The position numbers and the translations under genes were made by a program. A model generated the notes under the pieces. It did not search any database. It saw nothing but the letters and a program-made list of their open reading frames with translations, and was not told where the DNA came from. DNA of 64,000 nucleotides from Eledone cirrhosa. Lineage: Eukaryota. Position 1 is the first letter of the stretch; each line of letters opens with the position of its first letter. The DNA is taken from NCBI GenBank assembly GCA_964016885.1, contig OZ024741.1, forward strand, positions 147,064,001-147,128,000, read 5' to 3'. Shown piece by piece: positions 1-13,291 of the stretch.

Positions 1-752
1 ATTGAAAAGGTATTGCCCTGTAATTATCTGAACCAAGAAAGAAATTAATTATGATTTAAATCTCTTTTTTATTTTGTATTATTTTGTAATATTTCATATT
101 GATCTGGTGGTGCTGTTTGCCATCTATTTTTTTTTTCTCTTATGAAGATTATGATTATTTGACCATATGTAGTAAACTTCAACAATCTGATGATGATGAT
201 GATGATGATGATGAATCTATTCAGCTGTAGTTACTTCAGGGTTTTCCAGTGATTTATCTCATGCAGTTTTCTTATAAGTAGTTCAATAGATGCCTGCTTT
301 TGTTTCAATTTCATTTTTTTATTTTTTGTAGTTGCTTTTTTTTTTCATTTTTCCATATAACACAAACCTACCTGTCTGTGTGTCGCTAAGAATTATGGCT
401 TAGATAGAAGGTCAAAATGTTATCTTCTATAATAATTTAAGAACCATAAAAACTCCCCAACACAACTCATCACACAAATTCAATATAATAAGTACATTAT
501 ACTGAGGTTAACTTCCATAATGTTCATAAAAATAAATATCTTACACAAAGTTGGACATCACTCAGAGCAGTTGTGGAATAATAGGGGTTTCAAAAATGTA
601 AAAAGAAAAAAATCACTACCCTATAACTACATTGACAAAATGATGGATCACTGGATCAGGACACTGACAGTGTTGCTAAAATCCCAAAACTTTATTCTTT
701 CATCCATCAAAAATATTCCAAAATGATTAATGTATTGAGAAATATCTCTTGG

Positions 753-1461
753 TTAACCCTTTCATTACCATATTTCTAATGAAAACTATGTTTTTCAAAT
801 AATTTGAAAATAACTAAGAATTTAGATGGATTTAATAATAGAACTATCTTTCATATTATTAAATTTCTGTTTGGATCATAATTTAGCCTTTGTTACCATA
901 TTTCTAATGAAAAACACTGAGTTTCAAATAATTTTGAAAATAACCAAGAATTTAGATGGATTTAATAATATAACTTTCTCATTACTAAACTTATTTGGAA
1001 CATTTCTTTGCCATAAGTGAAAAACAAAATGAGTTTCAAATAATTTTGAAAATAATCAAGTATTTAGATGAATTTAATTATAGAACTATCTTTCACATTA
1101 TTAAACTTCTGTTTAGATCATAACTTAGCCTTTTGTTACTATATTTCTAATGAAAAACCTTGAGTTTCAAATAATTTTGAAAATAACCAAGAATTTACAT
1201 GGATTTAATAATAGAACTTTCTCATTATTAAACTTATCTTTGCCATAAATGAAAAACAATAAGTTTTAAATAACTCTTAAAATAAGTAAGAGTTTAGATG
1301 GATTTGATAATATAAGTAACTTTCTCATTATTAAACTTGTGTTTGGAACAAAACTTAATATTATGAAGGAGGGTTTTAATTTGAATGTAAACAATGTAGA
1401 ACGAGAGGTTTTATCTCATAGAATGGTGTTAGTCTCAGACAGTTGGTAGTGAAAGGATTAG
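753..1461. mobile_element. TTAA-flanked (piggyBac-type) MITE with internal tandem repeat
   Basis: TTAA-CCCTTTCATTACCA at 753-770 and imperfect inverse TGGTAGTGAAAGGA-TTAG at 1444-1461. The interior is about 5 diverged copies of a ~115-130 bp unit (TTTCAAATAATTTTGAAAATAA...TTTAGATGGATTTAATAATA). Related single-unit copies lie near 41361-41621 and 62700-62915. Confidence 0.6.
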
Positions 1462-1939
1462 AAAATGAGTCAATCATCTGATAAAACCAAGAAAACAGTT
1501 TTCCTTTGGTCTTCCCATTGCTGGTACTATCTGCTAGTTACAACTCCTAGCAGAAGGAGGTGGGATTTCAACTCATAACACAATCCACCTCATTAACAAT
1601 TCCACCAATCCAGTGGTTCAAGACTGATACTTTCTTTGTCGCCCCCACCCATTCCACTCCAAAGGGATGCAAGGCAAAGATGATACTAGTGGGATTTGAA
1701 CTCAGAGCTGGAACAAAGATTAAGGCATTTAATCCAATCCCCTAGAAACTATGCTAATTCACTACCTGTCTCAAAATGAAATACATTCTAAAATAAAAAT
1801 GAAATCTTAAAATTTAAATCGAAATTAAATATTTATTCCATTATTCTATTTTTTCTCATGAACAAGAAGGTACTACAACATTACTTTCAACACTGTATGT
1901 CAACTGTGAGGTTATGTGGTAAAAGACAACATTGGAAGG

Positions 1940-2300
1940 CACTTTGACATCACTCTGAACTTTTAGACGCTGTACAATAATACGGGTTCTCCATGCTGGA
2001 GCACTGACAAGAAATGTTACAGTAAAAACCAGAGTCTACCAAGGCTGTCTCTTATACCTTCTGCTATTCTTGTTAATTATTGATCAGATAATGGAGAATA
2101 CAACAGCAGACAGGAGGATCAGAATTTGCCAAGGTTGCCTTTTATCCCCTCTGTTGTTATTAGTGATTGATTATATAATGAAAACACTGTAGTAAACAAG
2201 AAGATTGGAACCTACGAAGGCTGTCTTTTGTCCTCTCTCTTGTTCTTATTAGTAACTGATTGGATAATAAAGAAGAATACAGTAGATGAAATTGAATGAG
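1940..2300 (+). pseudogene. decayed RTE-type reverse transcriptase fragment with triplicated QGC motif
   Basis: Translates as RVLHAGALTRNVTVKTRVYQGCLLYLLLFLLIIDQIME, then QGCLLSPLLLLVIDYIMK and EGCLLSSLLFLLVTDWIIK, matching the non-LTR RT 'GVRQGC.LSP.LF...D' motif. Confidence 0.65.
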
Positions 2301-3044
2301 CCATGAGTAACCAGCTTAAGAAACTTTATTCCACAGATAACCTTATACTGCTGTCTTAGTTTACACCAGAAAGAAAGCAAACCAACCATTCTCAAAGAGA
2401 TATCCACATTAGTTGACTTGAGGCAAGTCATTTACAGAGGCAAGCCCAATGTTAATCCACTATAACCCATTGAAAATAATTTTTTCTGAGGCTAGAACTT
2501 CTTATAGCATCTGTAATTTATTTCTCTTAAATTCAATAAGCAAATGATATGTATTTTAAAAAAAGAGGAAAAATAAAAGACAAATAGAGAAGGGAGAAGA
2601 CCCCCCCCCCAACACACACACACTCAATTCCATGCCAAATGAAGGAGCACAGGAGGTCTTAATAATTGTTAAAGCAAGCCTACATGCTCATAGCATTGCA
2701 GTATGTTATAGCAATTATAAAGCTAAGTACCTCACAGGCATCACTTGAGACATTGCTAAGGCAAGTATAGTCATTAATATAATTATCCCACCTATAAGTT
2801 TAGATATTATTATCATTATTATTATTATTGGCGATCTACGTAGTAAATCGTATCATCGTGAGCTCCGCAAAGGTTTGTTATTTTCAGTTGTTTAAAATTG
2901 CCATTTATGGAAAATTTTTATTGTTAACTGTATATAAGTGCACATACATTGATTTCTCAAAAGGACACTGAAACATATTGGGGCCTTGAGCCCAAAATTT
3001 AAACTTTTTATAATTATCAAACAAAAATTTTTCTTTGAAACATC

Positions 3045-5008
3045 ATGGCTGACTCAGAGACACTGCTACCTCACAATCTAACACCTCACACCGACACCAC
3101 CATTGTAAATATTGCTACGTTTTCCAAACTGGAAATGTAAGCAGTAGCAATATTTTAAATTTGTCTCAAGCAGACGTTCATTTCCCGCCATTACCAATGA
3201 ATGCAGGTGTTAAAGCCGCCACCACCACCACCACCGCGACAACCACCACCCCCACCACCACCACAGCGACAACAGAAACAAAAGAAAAAAATAAATTAAC
3301 TCGTGATATCGAAATGAATTCAACCAAAATGAACTCTTCCACACCGAACACCACTGACGCCACCACCACCACAACTGAAACTAAAGTTAACAATAGCAAA
3401 AATAACGATAACAACAACAGCAACAATGAAATTAAGAAAACTACCCTGAGTTTTGCCAGAGTAGCAAAAACGTGCAAATAAATCCAGGTAACTCAGGAGG
3501 AATTAGAAGAAGCCAAAGGAATGGTAAAGAAAGATGGGTACAGGGTCAGCCCCCCCCCCCACACACACACACACACCTAATAAAATGGAGCAACGTCGCC
3601 TATGCACCGTGTCATATCGGACAATTAACATAAAATCACGCCGAGTGGAACGGGCATCCGAGTCCCAAATCCGAAAAGCTTTGGGACATGTGTGGGAAAA
3701 AAAAACCCACATCAGACGTGGGCAGAAGTATGGAACCGTGGACGTGTTCTTTGAAACACAACAGGAGGCCAGAGAACACTCCATGGCCCCATTAAGAAGT
3801 GACGACTTCACACTCGTCCCAAGCTATTGTGGCCATAGACTTGTGAAGATCAGGGTGACCCACGTTCCACCGGCCATCGAAATTCCCTGGCTAATGGCTG
3901 CCGTCCTCGCCGGCATTGAGGCCAACACCAAGATAATTGAAATAGCGAGAGAAAAGCAGGAGAACTGGTCCGGATCTGGGATGGAGCTCCTGATCCAAGC
4001 GGACCATAAAAGCATTGAGGAGATCCCAGAGGTAATAGACCTCACTGACGGCGCCACCTCACCGTAATCGTCGAAGGCAGAAGGGCTAGGTGTGTCGTTT
4101 GTGGTGAAGGAACCTACCTAAGGGCTTTCTGCCCTCAGGCTAAAAGGTTGAGGTCACCTCTCTTACCCTCCCCAGTGAATCAACCATCAACACCACCAGC
4201 ATCAGAAATGCCAGCAACAACTGTAGCAGCAACAACAGAAGCAACTGTAACAGCAACAACCCCAGTAACAGTAGCAAAACCAACACCACCACCACCCAAC
4301 GCGCCAGAACTAGCACCAGCACCTACACCATCCACCACGCCACAACCAAAACCAACGCCTGTGGAGGATTTTCCACTCCCCGGCTTATCGCAACTGGAGA
4401 TATATTGTGACGACGAGGAGTGGGAAACGGTATCAGGAAAAAAGAAAAAAAGAAACCAAAAAAGAAAAAATTCTCTTCCTTCCCCCTCCAAAAACAAAAT
4501 ACAGAGGGAAACAAATAAATTATCAAACAAAGAAGTTAGGACAAATATGCCACCATCCACACCAGCATCACCAACCCCATCACCACAAACACCAACACCA
4601 TCACCATCATTAACCCCAACACCACCATCACCAACACCAAAAAAGTCACCAAAAAGCGTAACAGAAACAAACCCACAACAAACGCAAACAAAACAAAACA
4701 ACCAAAACAATACACACTAAACAGCATTAAATTTGACCAACAACCAATTATTACACTACATGCAACACAACACCAGCATCACAGAAAAAGACTACACAAC
4801 AACCCAAAAGTTCACACCACCTCCACACATACAAATCACTCACATCACACAGAAAACGTACACGACACTAAAACAAAAATTCCCCAAAGACATCGGAGAC
4901 TTCCGACAAACATTCTCCAGGAGGATTGATAAGGACATCCTTCCGGAGGAGGCCACAAGCAGTGAAAAGGATGGACAAACCATCCTTCCTCTACGAGAAG
5001 TAAGGTAA
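3045..5008 (+). pseudogene. ORF1 (gag-like nucleic-acid-binding protein) of LINE copy A, disrupted
   Basis: ATG 3045, Thr/Asn-rich N-terminus, RRM-like segment in ORF 3534-4067, knuckle CVVCGEGTYLRAFCP near 4090-4135, Pro/Thr-rich and basic KKKKR stretch. Several frameshifts and stops; ends AGG-TAA at 5008. Confidence 0.75.
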
Positions 5009-5042
5009 GTGGTCTTTCCCATCTTTTCCACTCCATTTCAAC

Positions 5043-7452
5043 ATGACCTCACTCAGAATAGGCAGCATAAATGCGCGTGGCTTGGGGTCGTCATGGAAGC
5101 AGGGCCACCTGCTCAACGACCTCAGGGCACTAAACATAGATGTAGTGGCCATCAGCGAGACCAGAATCTCCGAAGAACGGGCAACAAAGCCACGATCCGG
5201 TCTTTGGTGGACCACGACGGGCGCATGCTACTCGATCCCGGGCAAATGCGTGAAGTTTTTCAGCGACACTTCGCTCAGTTGTTCGGGGACAGCTGCGGGC
5301 CGGATCGAGGGATGAACTTTAGTGTCTACCTCGACGGACTGCCGCGGCTCTCGGCCATTGAGGCGGAGTGTTGCGAAAAGCCGATAACAGCCGCTGAAGT
5401 ACGGGAGGCAATGACTAGCTGCACAAGGGGTAAATCGCCTGGTTTGGATGGTCTGCCCTATGAACTTTATGTACAGATGCCAGACTTGTTCGGAGGCCTC
5501 TTGGCGGACGTCTACTGCAACTGGCAACAGAACGGGAGAATTCCCAGCTCTGTGAGCCGAGGAGCTGTGGCGCTGCTGAGAAAGGATCCGAGCAAGGGGG
5601 ATAACATAGATAATTTTAGGCCCATAACTCTGCTAAACACAGAGTTCAAGATTTTGGCCAAGGTGCTAGCAAAGAGGTTGGTGCTTGTCGTTGGTGGTCT
5701 GGTGGGAGAGGCGCAGACATGCGCCATTCCCGACAGATCCATCCACGACAACCTCCACCTCATGCGATACATGGTAGAGAGGGTATCTAGGGAACCCGGC
5801 GCGGGTGGGTCCTTGATCAATTTAGATCAGTCGAAAGCTTTCGATAGGGTCGACCATCGTTACCTAGCAGCAGTCCTGAGGGCGGCTGGCTTTGGGCCCG
5901 TCTTCAGAGACTGGATCGCTGCCATGCACAGCGACATCTGCTCTATGGTGAGAGTGAACGGTCACCTTTCGGAACCGTTCAACATCATGCGCTCGGTCCG
6001 CCAAGGATGTCCCCTCTCGTCCCTCTTGTACGTATTGACTCTCGAGCCATTACTGCACAAACTGGAGACGTTGAGGGGGTCCCACGCGAACTAGGATGCG
6101 GAAGATCCGTGTCAGCATATATGGACGATGTCACCGTAGTGGTGTCGAACGCCAAACACATCGAGGCGATTGGCACTAGACTAAGAGAATACGAAGCGGT
6201 GACAGAAGCAATGACAACCAGGAAAAATCAGTGGGCCTGCAGCTCGGCACCTGGAGAGGCAGGTCCATGCCGTCCAACAGCGTCGTCGGGCGCTGGACGG
6301 ACGGACCAGTTAAATTGCTCGGGGTCTGGTTCGGTCCGGATCTCCAGACGGACAAAAACTGGGACGAGGTGACGAGCAGGGTGGCTTCTCTCACCCAGAA
6401 ATGGGCCGAGAGGAAGCTATCCCTGAAAGGTCGAGCGGAGGTGGCTAACGCGTATATTGTGTCCGTCATCTACTACCGCCTGACCGTCGTGCCTTGTCCT
6501 AAGCCTCGCCTGACTGCGCTGGAGCGTTTGCTCTTTCGCTTTTTGTGGAAGGGACGCGCTCCGATGGTCAGGCGGTCCATCTGTTGTCAACACCCGCTAC
6601 GTGGAGGGCTGGGAATGCCGTGGCTGATGATGCGCAGACACGAGCTCAGGCTACGACATCTCCACCTCTTCCTCGACGGTGATCAGGTGTGGTCACCGTT
6701 TGCTAGACGCATCTTTCCCTAGCTCGTCTCCTTGACGGAGCTGCAGTCCTGGGTCAAGCGAAGACCGAGAGGGAGCGCTTGAAGACTGGAATGTCTTCAG
6801 GCGTTCACAGCCCTCCACCTTGGCGTTCTATAGAGGATTAGTGGAGGGGAAGAGCGACGACGTACTTGGGGAAACTCTAGGCGTCGCCGAAAATCAACTA
6901 GCCAATCTCTTCGGAAGAACTTTCGGGCCGGGGCCTATGGACAACTTTCAGAAATCCCTGGCCTGGCAGTGCTACCGAGGAGCTTTGCCAGTTCGGGATA
7001 AACTCTACAGGCATGGAGGTGCCGTCAGCCGGGCATGTCCGAGATGCGGGCAGGGCGACGAAACCGTCCTAGACGCACTCGTCCAGTGTCCGAGCATTGC
7101 TGTCTTGTGGGTTTACGTCGAACACCTGCTGTCGCGTGTAGGACGGATCCAGCTATCAGCTGAGTCCATCGTGAGGATTTCCCCGCCCTCTTCCTTTAGC
7201 CGGGAATGGCAGGCACTTTTTATCTGTCTGGTGGCCATGGCGAAAGAGATAGTATGGTGGACACATTTGAAAGGGCTGAAGACGAGCACTTACTTCTTCG
7301 GTGATGCCCTGATTAACTTTTTCAAATTTCATTTAAAAAGGAAAATCAGGGTAGAAAGGGAAGTGCTCTCTTCCCAGCATTTTGTTGAAAGATGGGTGAG
7401 AGAGGCAAGAATGACCCGAGTGAATGGGCCTACTCTGAGTATGTGTCTGTAA
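5043..7452 (+). pseudogene. ORF2 (APE remnant, reverse transcriptase, zinc finger) of LINE copy A
   Basis: Starts MTSLRIGSINARGL...DVVAISETRIS (APE N-terminus), then jumps to the pre-RT linker. RT motifs lie in ORFs 5009-6094, 6231-6722 and 6820-7452, broken by frameshifts. Confidence 0.9.
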
Positions 7453-7701
7453 ATTAAAGGTGGAAATCTGGGAGAGGGCACCTGCCCTGGTGGTCAGGGT
7501 CACTGTGGCTTTTTAATGGGCTTTCTCCACGAATGTCCCTCGGAAGTCTCCCCCTATTAGTGAATTTTTTTTATTGTTCTATTATTACATCCTCTATTTC
7601 TTGTTTTTTACATGCAGAAATGCCCATTTGTACCGCCCTGTATTGTCCTGTACTGTCCTTAATGTCTACTTTATGTAGACCCTTGTGGTTAATAAAGAAA
7701 G

Positions 7702-7732
<31 letters not shown>

Positions 7733-7874
7733 GGTCGTTGAAGCGAATGAACGTACTATCGTGAGCTCGTAAGTTTATTTTGTTCAACGGTTTGAAATAC
7801 ATTTGTTATTAATATTTTTGGCCCAAATATTTAAACTTTGTATGTTTAAAAGAAAATTTTTATCAAAAAAAAAC

Positions 7875-9855
7875 ATGGCAGACCACGCCCTCCAAGTTTG
7901 AGTTTGGTGTCTTGCGACAGCAAGTCAAACATTGAGGCTAATAACGCTGCCCCTCCTGCAACAATTTAAAAATGTAACAAGACATCAGGCAATATCGCCA
8001 ACACCACCACCAACAACAGTGAGAACAAAAATGACAACAGCAGCAACAGCGACATTACCAAAAACAGTAAAAAGAAACAGTCGTGAACAAGAATGACAAC
8101 AGCACCAGCAACGACGATAAGAAAATCAATGACAACTGCAATAATGACAACAACACCAACAACAGAAAGAACAACAACAAAGACAACAATATCAACAACA
8201 GTGACAACCACAACAATAGCAACAACAACAACAATAGCAGCAGCAACAATATCAACGAAAACAACAACAAAATTAACACCACTAACCAGGACATAAACAG
8301 CAACAGCACCAACAGCAACAATACCAACTGCACCGAAAACAACAACAACGGCGGCACCAAAGACAACAATGATAACAGCAACAACAACAATTACAACAAC
8401 AACAACACCAACGACAACAAGAAGAACACTTTTGCTGCGGCAGCGGCCAAAAGTGGCCAGGCTTCAACATGGACCTCTCGAAAAAAGATGAAAAGTTGGC
8501 CCAGGCCTGGAAGCTCATCAAGCAAGAGCAAACCTGATCCAACTTAACTGTTCCGGTAGAAGCTATTGAAGCAGTGGAGCACAGAACAGTGCATTACAGA
8601 TGCATCTCAGCAGAAACCAAGAGGGCAGCTTTGAGAAGCCCTCACTATGAAACATGCTATGACACCTTGCAAAACCAGCAAGGTCATAATGTACCCCTTC
8701 CACATGGGAAAAAGAATCCCAGAATCCCACCAGGACTTGACATGTGGTGGCTTCTGGGATGTGTGATTGTGGAGGGGACAGGTACCGTCCCAATAGAAAT
8801 AACAAGAACTGCCAGAGAGGACTGGTCCGGGGTTGACCTGGAGATACTTCTCCAGATCAGGCCAGAGAATGTCAAAACAATCCCGGACTACATCCGTCTT
8901 CAGAATGGGACGGTCATTCACATTATAACTGAGGGCAAAAGGCCACATTGTTTCGTTTGTGGCTAAAAAACCCATTTGCGAGCCTTCTGCCCTCATCTAC
9001 TGAAAGATGCAAGGGGTCGAAGGGATCCACTGCTGCCGACGCGGGGCGAGGACCACAACCAACACGAGCACTGGCAAAACCACCAGCAACAGCACCAATA
9101 GAAAGACCACCACTAACATTGACCACCCAGGGGAGAAACGAGGAAAGTTGTCAAATTTCCCCTCCCCCCCAAAATACACACATCAATAAAAACATAAACA
9201 CACACACAGACCCCTCATCTACCAGTAGTGAAGATGAGGGAAAACCCAAATCCCCCAAAATGCAAAAAAGGAAACACAAAAAGAAGAAAAAAATACAACA
9301 AAGCACAAAAACACCCACAATAAAAAATGCAGACACCATCCACGCAAACATATCCCCAACAACCCAACATCAACACCGCCATCATCATCTCCATCATCAG
9401 AATCCCCCAAACGTAAACAACCTAAACAGACGCAAGAACAAATACACACACAAACATCTGAACCACAGACACCGCACTCACAACAAACACTGACACAACC
9501 GAAACAACACCATCAAAGCCATCACTGCCACAGCCATGCAAACAAATAAAATCACACCAATAAAACATACAAAACTTTGTGCTCGTTAGGAGGGCCAACA
9601 AGGAACTGATGGCCCTTGTAGCACAAAGTGAACAAATACAAAAAGAGGGGGAAATTTTTAAATCGAGCACATTTCACGTGCCGGAAGATTTGTTTCTGGT
9701 GCGAATGTTGCTCGATTTATACAAAGAAATACGAGACAGCTTTCCCCGGGACGTGAGAACTCCGAACATGAAACCCACTTCCAGACTTTTAAATGGGTTC
9801 CCAAAAGAACTATGGGGGTCAAACCACCCGACCTTCACAAGATCCCGGAAGGTAA
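7875..9855 (+). pseudogene. ORF1 of LINE copy B, disrupted
   Basis: ATG 7875, (AAC)n Asn-rich N-terminus, homology to copy A ORF1 (REDWSG vs QENWSG), CCHC knuckle CFVCG*KTHLRAFCP near 8948-8992. Confidence 0.72.
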
Positions 9856-9890
9856 GTAAACCTTTTTAGCCTCTCTTTTAGTCTGCCAAC

Positions 9891-12800
9891 ATGGCCGTAT
9901 TAAGAGTAGGAAGTTTAAATGTTTGATGCCTGGGATTATCCTGGAAGCAGGGTCACCTGCTCAACAACCTCAGGTCTCTAAAAATGGATGTAATTGCCAT
10001 CAGCGAGACCAGGATTTCTGACACGCGCACACTAGCCCCCATTTTCGACAACTATCAGATCTTCGCATCTGTTAGTCAGCCGGGAATGGGAGGTGGGGTG
10101 GCAGTGCTGTTTAGGAAAGGCCTGGATCTCGAGGTAAGGTTGATCTTCTGGGACACGGACAGTAAGTTGGTGGTCCTGGACGTGAACAATAATAAAGGTG
10201 GTGCCTGTAGACTGGTGGCCATCTATGCCCCTACTGGGGCAGGATGGCCGGACTTCTTTAGATGGCTGGAAGCCTTTCTGGGTACGTCTCGCCCTTTACT
10301 GTTAGCGAGGGACTGGAACGGCATCTTAGATACACGCTGGGACTGTGTGAGAGTATCTGATAGGAGCAGGAGGTGCAAAAGCCTCAAATACCTGATCAGC
10401 CAGTTCCAACTATCTGACAGGTACCGATTAGATTTCCCTAATGCGCCAGTGTGGACCTGGATCAACCGCATAGGGTCATCTAAATCTTATATAGACAGGA
10501 TATTCATTAGGAAAATAGACAGAAATAGTGTAAGCTGTCCACGATTTAAAACGGTCACCTATTCAGATCACAAGTTTGTGATCTGTATGGTCGAACTAGA
10601 TAAGACACGTAGGTTAGGACCTGGTTACTGGAAGCTGAACATGTCATTTCCGGCATGTAAGGCTTACAGGCACCAGGTCAACAATTTAGTTGAGAAAAAG
10701 TTGACAGGGGAGTTGTCAACAATAGATGGTGTGGGGCTCTCAAAAGAGAGATTAGAATAATGTCGATAGAGTTTAGCAAAGAAGTAGCGTTAGAGAAAAA
10801 TAGAAAGGAGGAGGAGTTGGTAAATAAGTTAGATGAGGCTTTTTGTAGGAGTATTGCAACTGACGTGTTAACGGTGAGGTTGGCATTAGATCATTTCTTC
10901 AATGTGAAACACAAAGGTTGCATTGTCAGAGCTAAGGCGTGTGCTCTGAGAAATGAGGGAACCAAAGCTGTTCGATAGTCCCATGTGACAGAGGTGCAGC
11001 GTGGTAATAGAACCACGATTCGGACTTTGATGGACTGAGATGGACACGAGCTGAGCGATTCCAGGCGGATGTGTGAGGCCTTTCGCTAAGATTTTGCTCG
11101 GTCGTTCAGGGGAAATGGCGGGTCAGAGATGGTGGCAGACTTAGGTCCCTACCTCGATGGCTTGCTGCAACTCTCGACGGTCGACGCTCAGCGCTGCGAA
11201 AAACCGATTACTTCAGCCGAGATTCAGCATGCCCTTGTTGGCTGCATGAGGCGCAAGTCACCCTGTTTGGAGGTCTACCCTACAAGCTTTATGTAAATAT
11301 GCCAGACTTGTTATCCGATCTCCTTGAAGTGCTCTACTGCAAGTGGCAGCAGAACGGGAGTATTCCCAGTTCTGTGAGCCGAGGCATAGTGATACTGATA
11401 AGGAAAGACAAGAACAAAAGCGACACATTAGACAATTTCAGGCCCATAACTCTGCTCAACACAGAGTTTAAGATTTTGGCCAAGGTGTTAGTGAAGAGGT
11501 TGGCGCTTGTCATCGAGGATTTGGTTGGCTGGCACAAACTTGCACAATCCCAGCCAGGTCCATACACGACAACCTCCACCTCATGTGATACATCATAGAG
11601 AGGGTAGGGTGTAAACCTGGCTTCGGTGGGGCTCTGATCGATTTAGATCAATCGAAAGCATTCGATAGGGTCGACATCGGTACCTGGAGGCTGTCCTCAA
11701 GGCGGCTGGCTTCGGCCCCATCTTCAGAAGCTGGATCACTGCAATGTACAGCGGCATCTGCTCAGTGGTCAAAGTTAATGGCCACCTCTCAGAATCATTT
11801 CAGATCTCCCGATCAGTCCATCAAGTGTGCCTTCTCTCCTCCCTTCTGTATGTATTGACTCTCGAGCCTTTACTGCGGAAGCTGGAGCTGTTGCAGGGCA
11901 TCCCGATCGAACCGGGACATGGAAAGGCTGTGTCGGCTTATGCGGACGACATCACCGTGATGGTGTCGGACACCTCAGAAATTGAGGTGGTCGGCAACTT
12001 ATTGGAGTAATATGAAAGGTCGACAGGAGCAAAACTTAACCCGGAAAAGTTGGTGGGCTTGCAACTCGGCACCTAGAGAGGCAAGTCCATGCCGTCCAAC
12101 AGCGTCATTGGGCACTGGACGGACGGACCGGTAAAGTTGCTCGGATTTGGTTCAGGCCAGACCTCCAGGTGGATAAGAATTAGGATGAGGTGACGAGCAG
12201 GGTAGCCAGTCTCACCCAGAAATGGGATGCGAGGAAGCTATCACTGAAAGGTCAGACAAAGGTGGGGAATGCGTACATTGCGTCCGTCATCTACTACCGC
12301 CTGACCATCGTCCCTTGCCCCCGTTTGTGCATCGCCAACTTAGAACGGCTCCTCTTCAAATTCTTCTGGTGGGGTCAGGTTCCATTGGTGTTGCCAGCAC
12401 CCTCTACATGGAGGGCTGGGCATGGCGTGGCTAATGATGCGCAGACACGTGCTGAAGCTGTGGCACCTCCAGATATTCTGCCTAAACGGTGACCAGGTGT
12501 GGTCGCCGTTTGTCAGATGGGCCTTTCCACACTTCGTCTCTTTGACTGAGCTGCAGTCCTGGGTCAAGAAGAGACCGAAACTGGGTGACTGGCATCTGGA
12601 ATATTGCCAGGCACTCATTGCCCTCTACCAGGTGGCAGTGTGGTCAGTGGAACTTCCACTCTCAAGTTCTATAGAGGATTAGTTGTGGGCAAGTGCGACA
12701 ACACACTCGGAGAAGCTCTGGGAGTCAACGAAGTTGAACTAAGCAGTCTGATCCGGAGGACTTTCGAGCCGGTGACGATGGATAATTTCCAAAAATTCCT

Positions 12801-13291
12801 CACTTGGCAGTCATACTGGGGAGCACTGCTGGTTCGAGATAAACTCTACAGGCACGGAAGTGCTGTTAGACGGACCTGCCCGAGATGCGCGCAGAGCGAC
12901 GAAACCGTTCTGCATGCACTCGTCCAGTGTCCATGCATTACTGACTTGTGGAGTTATGTCAAACAGCTGTTGTCGCATATAGAATGGATCCAGCTATCGG
13001 CCGAGTCCATAGTCAAGATCAACCTGGTGCCTTCTTTTGACCAAGAAGGGCAGGCAATTTTCCTGTCTGGTGGCAGTAGCAAAAGATGTTGTATGGTGGA
13101 CCAAGTTGAAAGGATTGAAGACAAGCATTTTTCTCTTCAGCCAATCCCTCATCAACTTTTTCAAGTTTCACTTGGAAAGGAAGGTGAGGGCGAAGGGAGA
13201 AGTGCTGCCCCCCAGTACATTTGCTAAAAGGTGGGTGAATGTGGCGAGAATGGCCCATGTGAGTGGGCCTACTCTGATCATGCATCTGTAG
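9891..13291 (+). pseudogene. ORF2 (APE endonuclease, RT, zinc finger) of LINE copy B, many stops and frameshifts
   Basis: ORF fragments 9984-10760, 11299-11598, 11744-12010, 12190-12492, 12604-13227 and 13037-13291 are collinear with copy A ORF2. Confidence 0.9.

Larger units (their letters stand above)
2830..7732 (+). mobile_element. L1/Tx1-like non-LTR retrotransposon copy A (5'-complete, endonuclease internally deleted)
   Basis: 5'UTR, ORF1 with zinc knuckle, ORF2 RT (GKSPGLDG, FRPITLLN, DQSKAFDRVDH, VRQGCPLS, YMDD), C-terminal CPRC...C finger, AATAAA and (ATT)n tail. Bounded by (ATT)n on both sides. Confidence 0.92.

Noticed and set aside
3178-4710. Hydrophobic minus-strand ORFs over LINE ORF1 (also 7966-8542)
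   Set aside because: Antisense shadows of ACC/AAC-rich low-complexity coding sequence.
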